Origin: Kofleriaceae bacterium
GTDB lineage: Bacteria; Myxococcota_A; Polyangia; Haliangiales; Haliangiaceae
Assembly: GCA_046597055.1 (NCBI GenBank)
Contig: JBKJLC010000089.1
Span: 1 to 45,641, forward strand
Reading direction: 5' to 3'
Length of the DNA: 45,641 nucleotides
Shown here: piece after piece, positions 45,034 to 45,641 of the stretch
Numbering within the stretch: the stretch's first letter is position 1
Layout: every line of letters starts with the position of its first letter
The notes under the pieces: model-generated
Told to the model about the DNA's origin: nothing
The model's database searches: none
The model's input: the letters and a program-made list of their open reading frames with translations, nothing else
Position numbers and translations under genes: made by a program

Positions 45034-45507
45034 ATGGCGAAGAAGACCGCGACCCCGGCGAAGGCCGAGACCAAGAAGAGCTCGAAGACCAGCAAGGGCG
45101 ACAAGACGCCCCGTACGCCGAAGGTAAAGGCGGCGAAGAAGGTGGTTGCGCCCACCGGACCATTCGCCCGCCTCAAGGCGAAGTACGGCACCAAGGACAA
45201 GCTGGTCGACGCGATCGCCAGCAACGTCGCCGCCGCTGGCGATGACGCCGGTGCGCTCAAGGACCGCCTGCTCAAGGCGTCCAACCAGCAGCTCCTGCGC
45301 ATGGCGACGGTCGTCGAGACCGTCAAGAAGGCCTACGGCAGCCGCGACAAGCTGATCGACGCGCTGGCCAAGGCGCTGAACAAGGCCAAGGACAAGGACT
45401 ACCTGGCCCAGCTCGGCTCGATGTCGCTGCCGCACCTGTACGAGCTGGCCCGCGCCGCCGAGCGCAAGGCCAAGGCCGCGCGCCCCGCGACCCGCGCCGC
45501 GAAGTAA
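45034..45507 (+). CDS. Basic Lys/Ala-rich hypothetical protein (histone-like tail plus duplicated helical unit)
   Basis: MAKKTATPAKAETKK.. tail; KAKYGTKDKLVDAIA / KKAYGSRDKLIDALA duplication. Confidence 0.8.
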   Translation: MAKKTATPAKAETKKSSKTSKGDKTPRTPKVKAAKKVVAPTGPFARLKAKYGTKDKLVDAIASNVAAAGDDAGALKDRLLKASNQQLLRMATVVETVKKAYGSRDKLIDALAKALNKAKDKDYLAQLGSMSLPHLYELARAAERKAKAARPATRAAK

Positions 45508-45545
45508 CGCTCCTCGTTCCCGCAGCGGTGCACTAGGCTGTAGGC

Positions 45546-45641
45546 GTGCGTCCGCGCGTGCCGGTCTTGCTGTGCGCCCTCGGCGTGCTGGCGACCGCCG
45601 CTCCCGGCGTCGGGCCCAGCGCCGGTGCCGACGATGACCTG
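45546..45641 (+). CDS. 5' start of a secreted protein (truncated by window)
   Basis: GTG 45546 reads MRPRVPVLLCALGVLATAAPGVGPSAGADDDL (signal-peptide-like); TAGGCT 6 nt upstream. Confidence 0.55.
   Translation, partial: MRPRVPVLLCALGVLATAAPGVGPSAGADDDL

Overview
A very GC-rich bacterial window that looks myxobacterial (Myxococcota), judged from ADYC, TIGR02996, TIGR02266-type PilZ, MYXO-CTERM-like and kinase-STAND-FGE proteins; the taxonomy is inferred from gene content. It is densely coding, with about 35 plausible genes: the 3' end of typA, two FHA/TIGR02996 paralogs, gltDB, PEGA proteins, a deviant ArsA/Get3-like ATPase, a LACTB2-like MBL, a PocR-sigma54 activator coupled to yacG, an ADYC lipoprotein with a (QGTHY)6 repeat next to a kinase-nSTAND1-FGE gene, a ferritin-like protein, a DUF4157-OmpA-zincin fusion with a lipoprotein partner, a GAF histidine kinase, rtcR/rtcBA with a sigma54 promoter, USP, PilZ, an ArnT-like GT-C/MBL/MFS/GT2/deacetylase cluster, RNase HI, two paralogous lipoproteins and a basic histone-like protein. 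I found no rRNA, tRNA, CRISPR array or transposase. The most notable signals are: (1) a segment of about 166-6015 with different codon usage whose edges both fall inside conserved genes (mosaic or assembly chimera); (2) at least 12 genes with a TAnnnT box 5-9 nt before the start codon (probable leaderless transcription); (3) a structured rtcB-rtcA spacer and an rtcR lacking a canonical start codon for its conserved N-terminus; (4) an Arn/Lgm-like envelope-modification cluster whose GT-C has a MYXO-CTERM-like tail. All calls were made by eye from motifs; no database searches were run.
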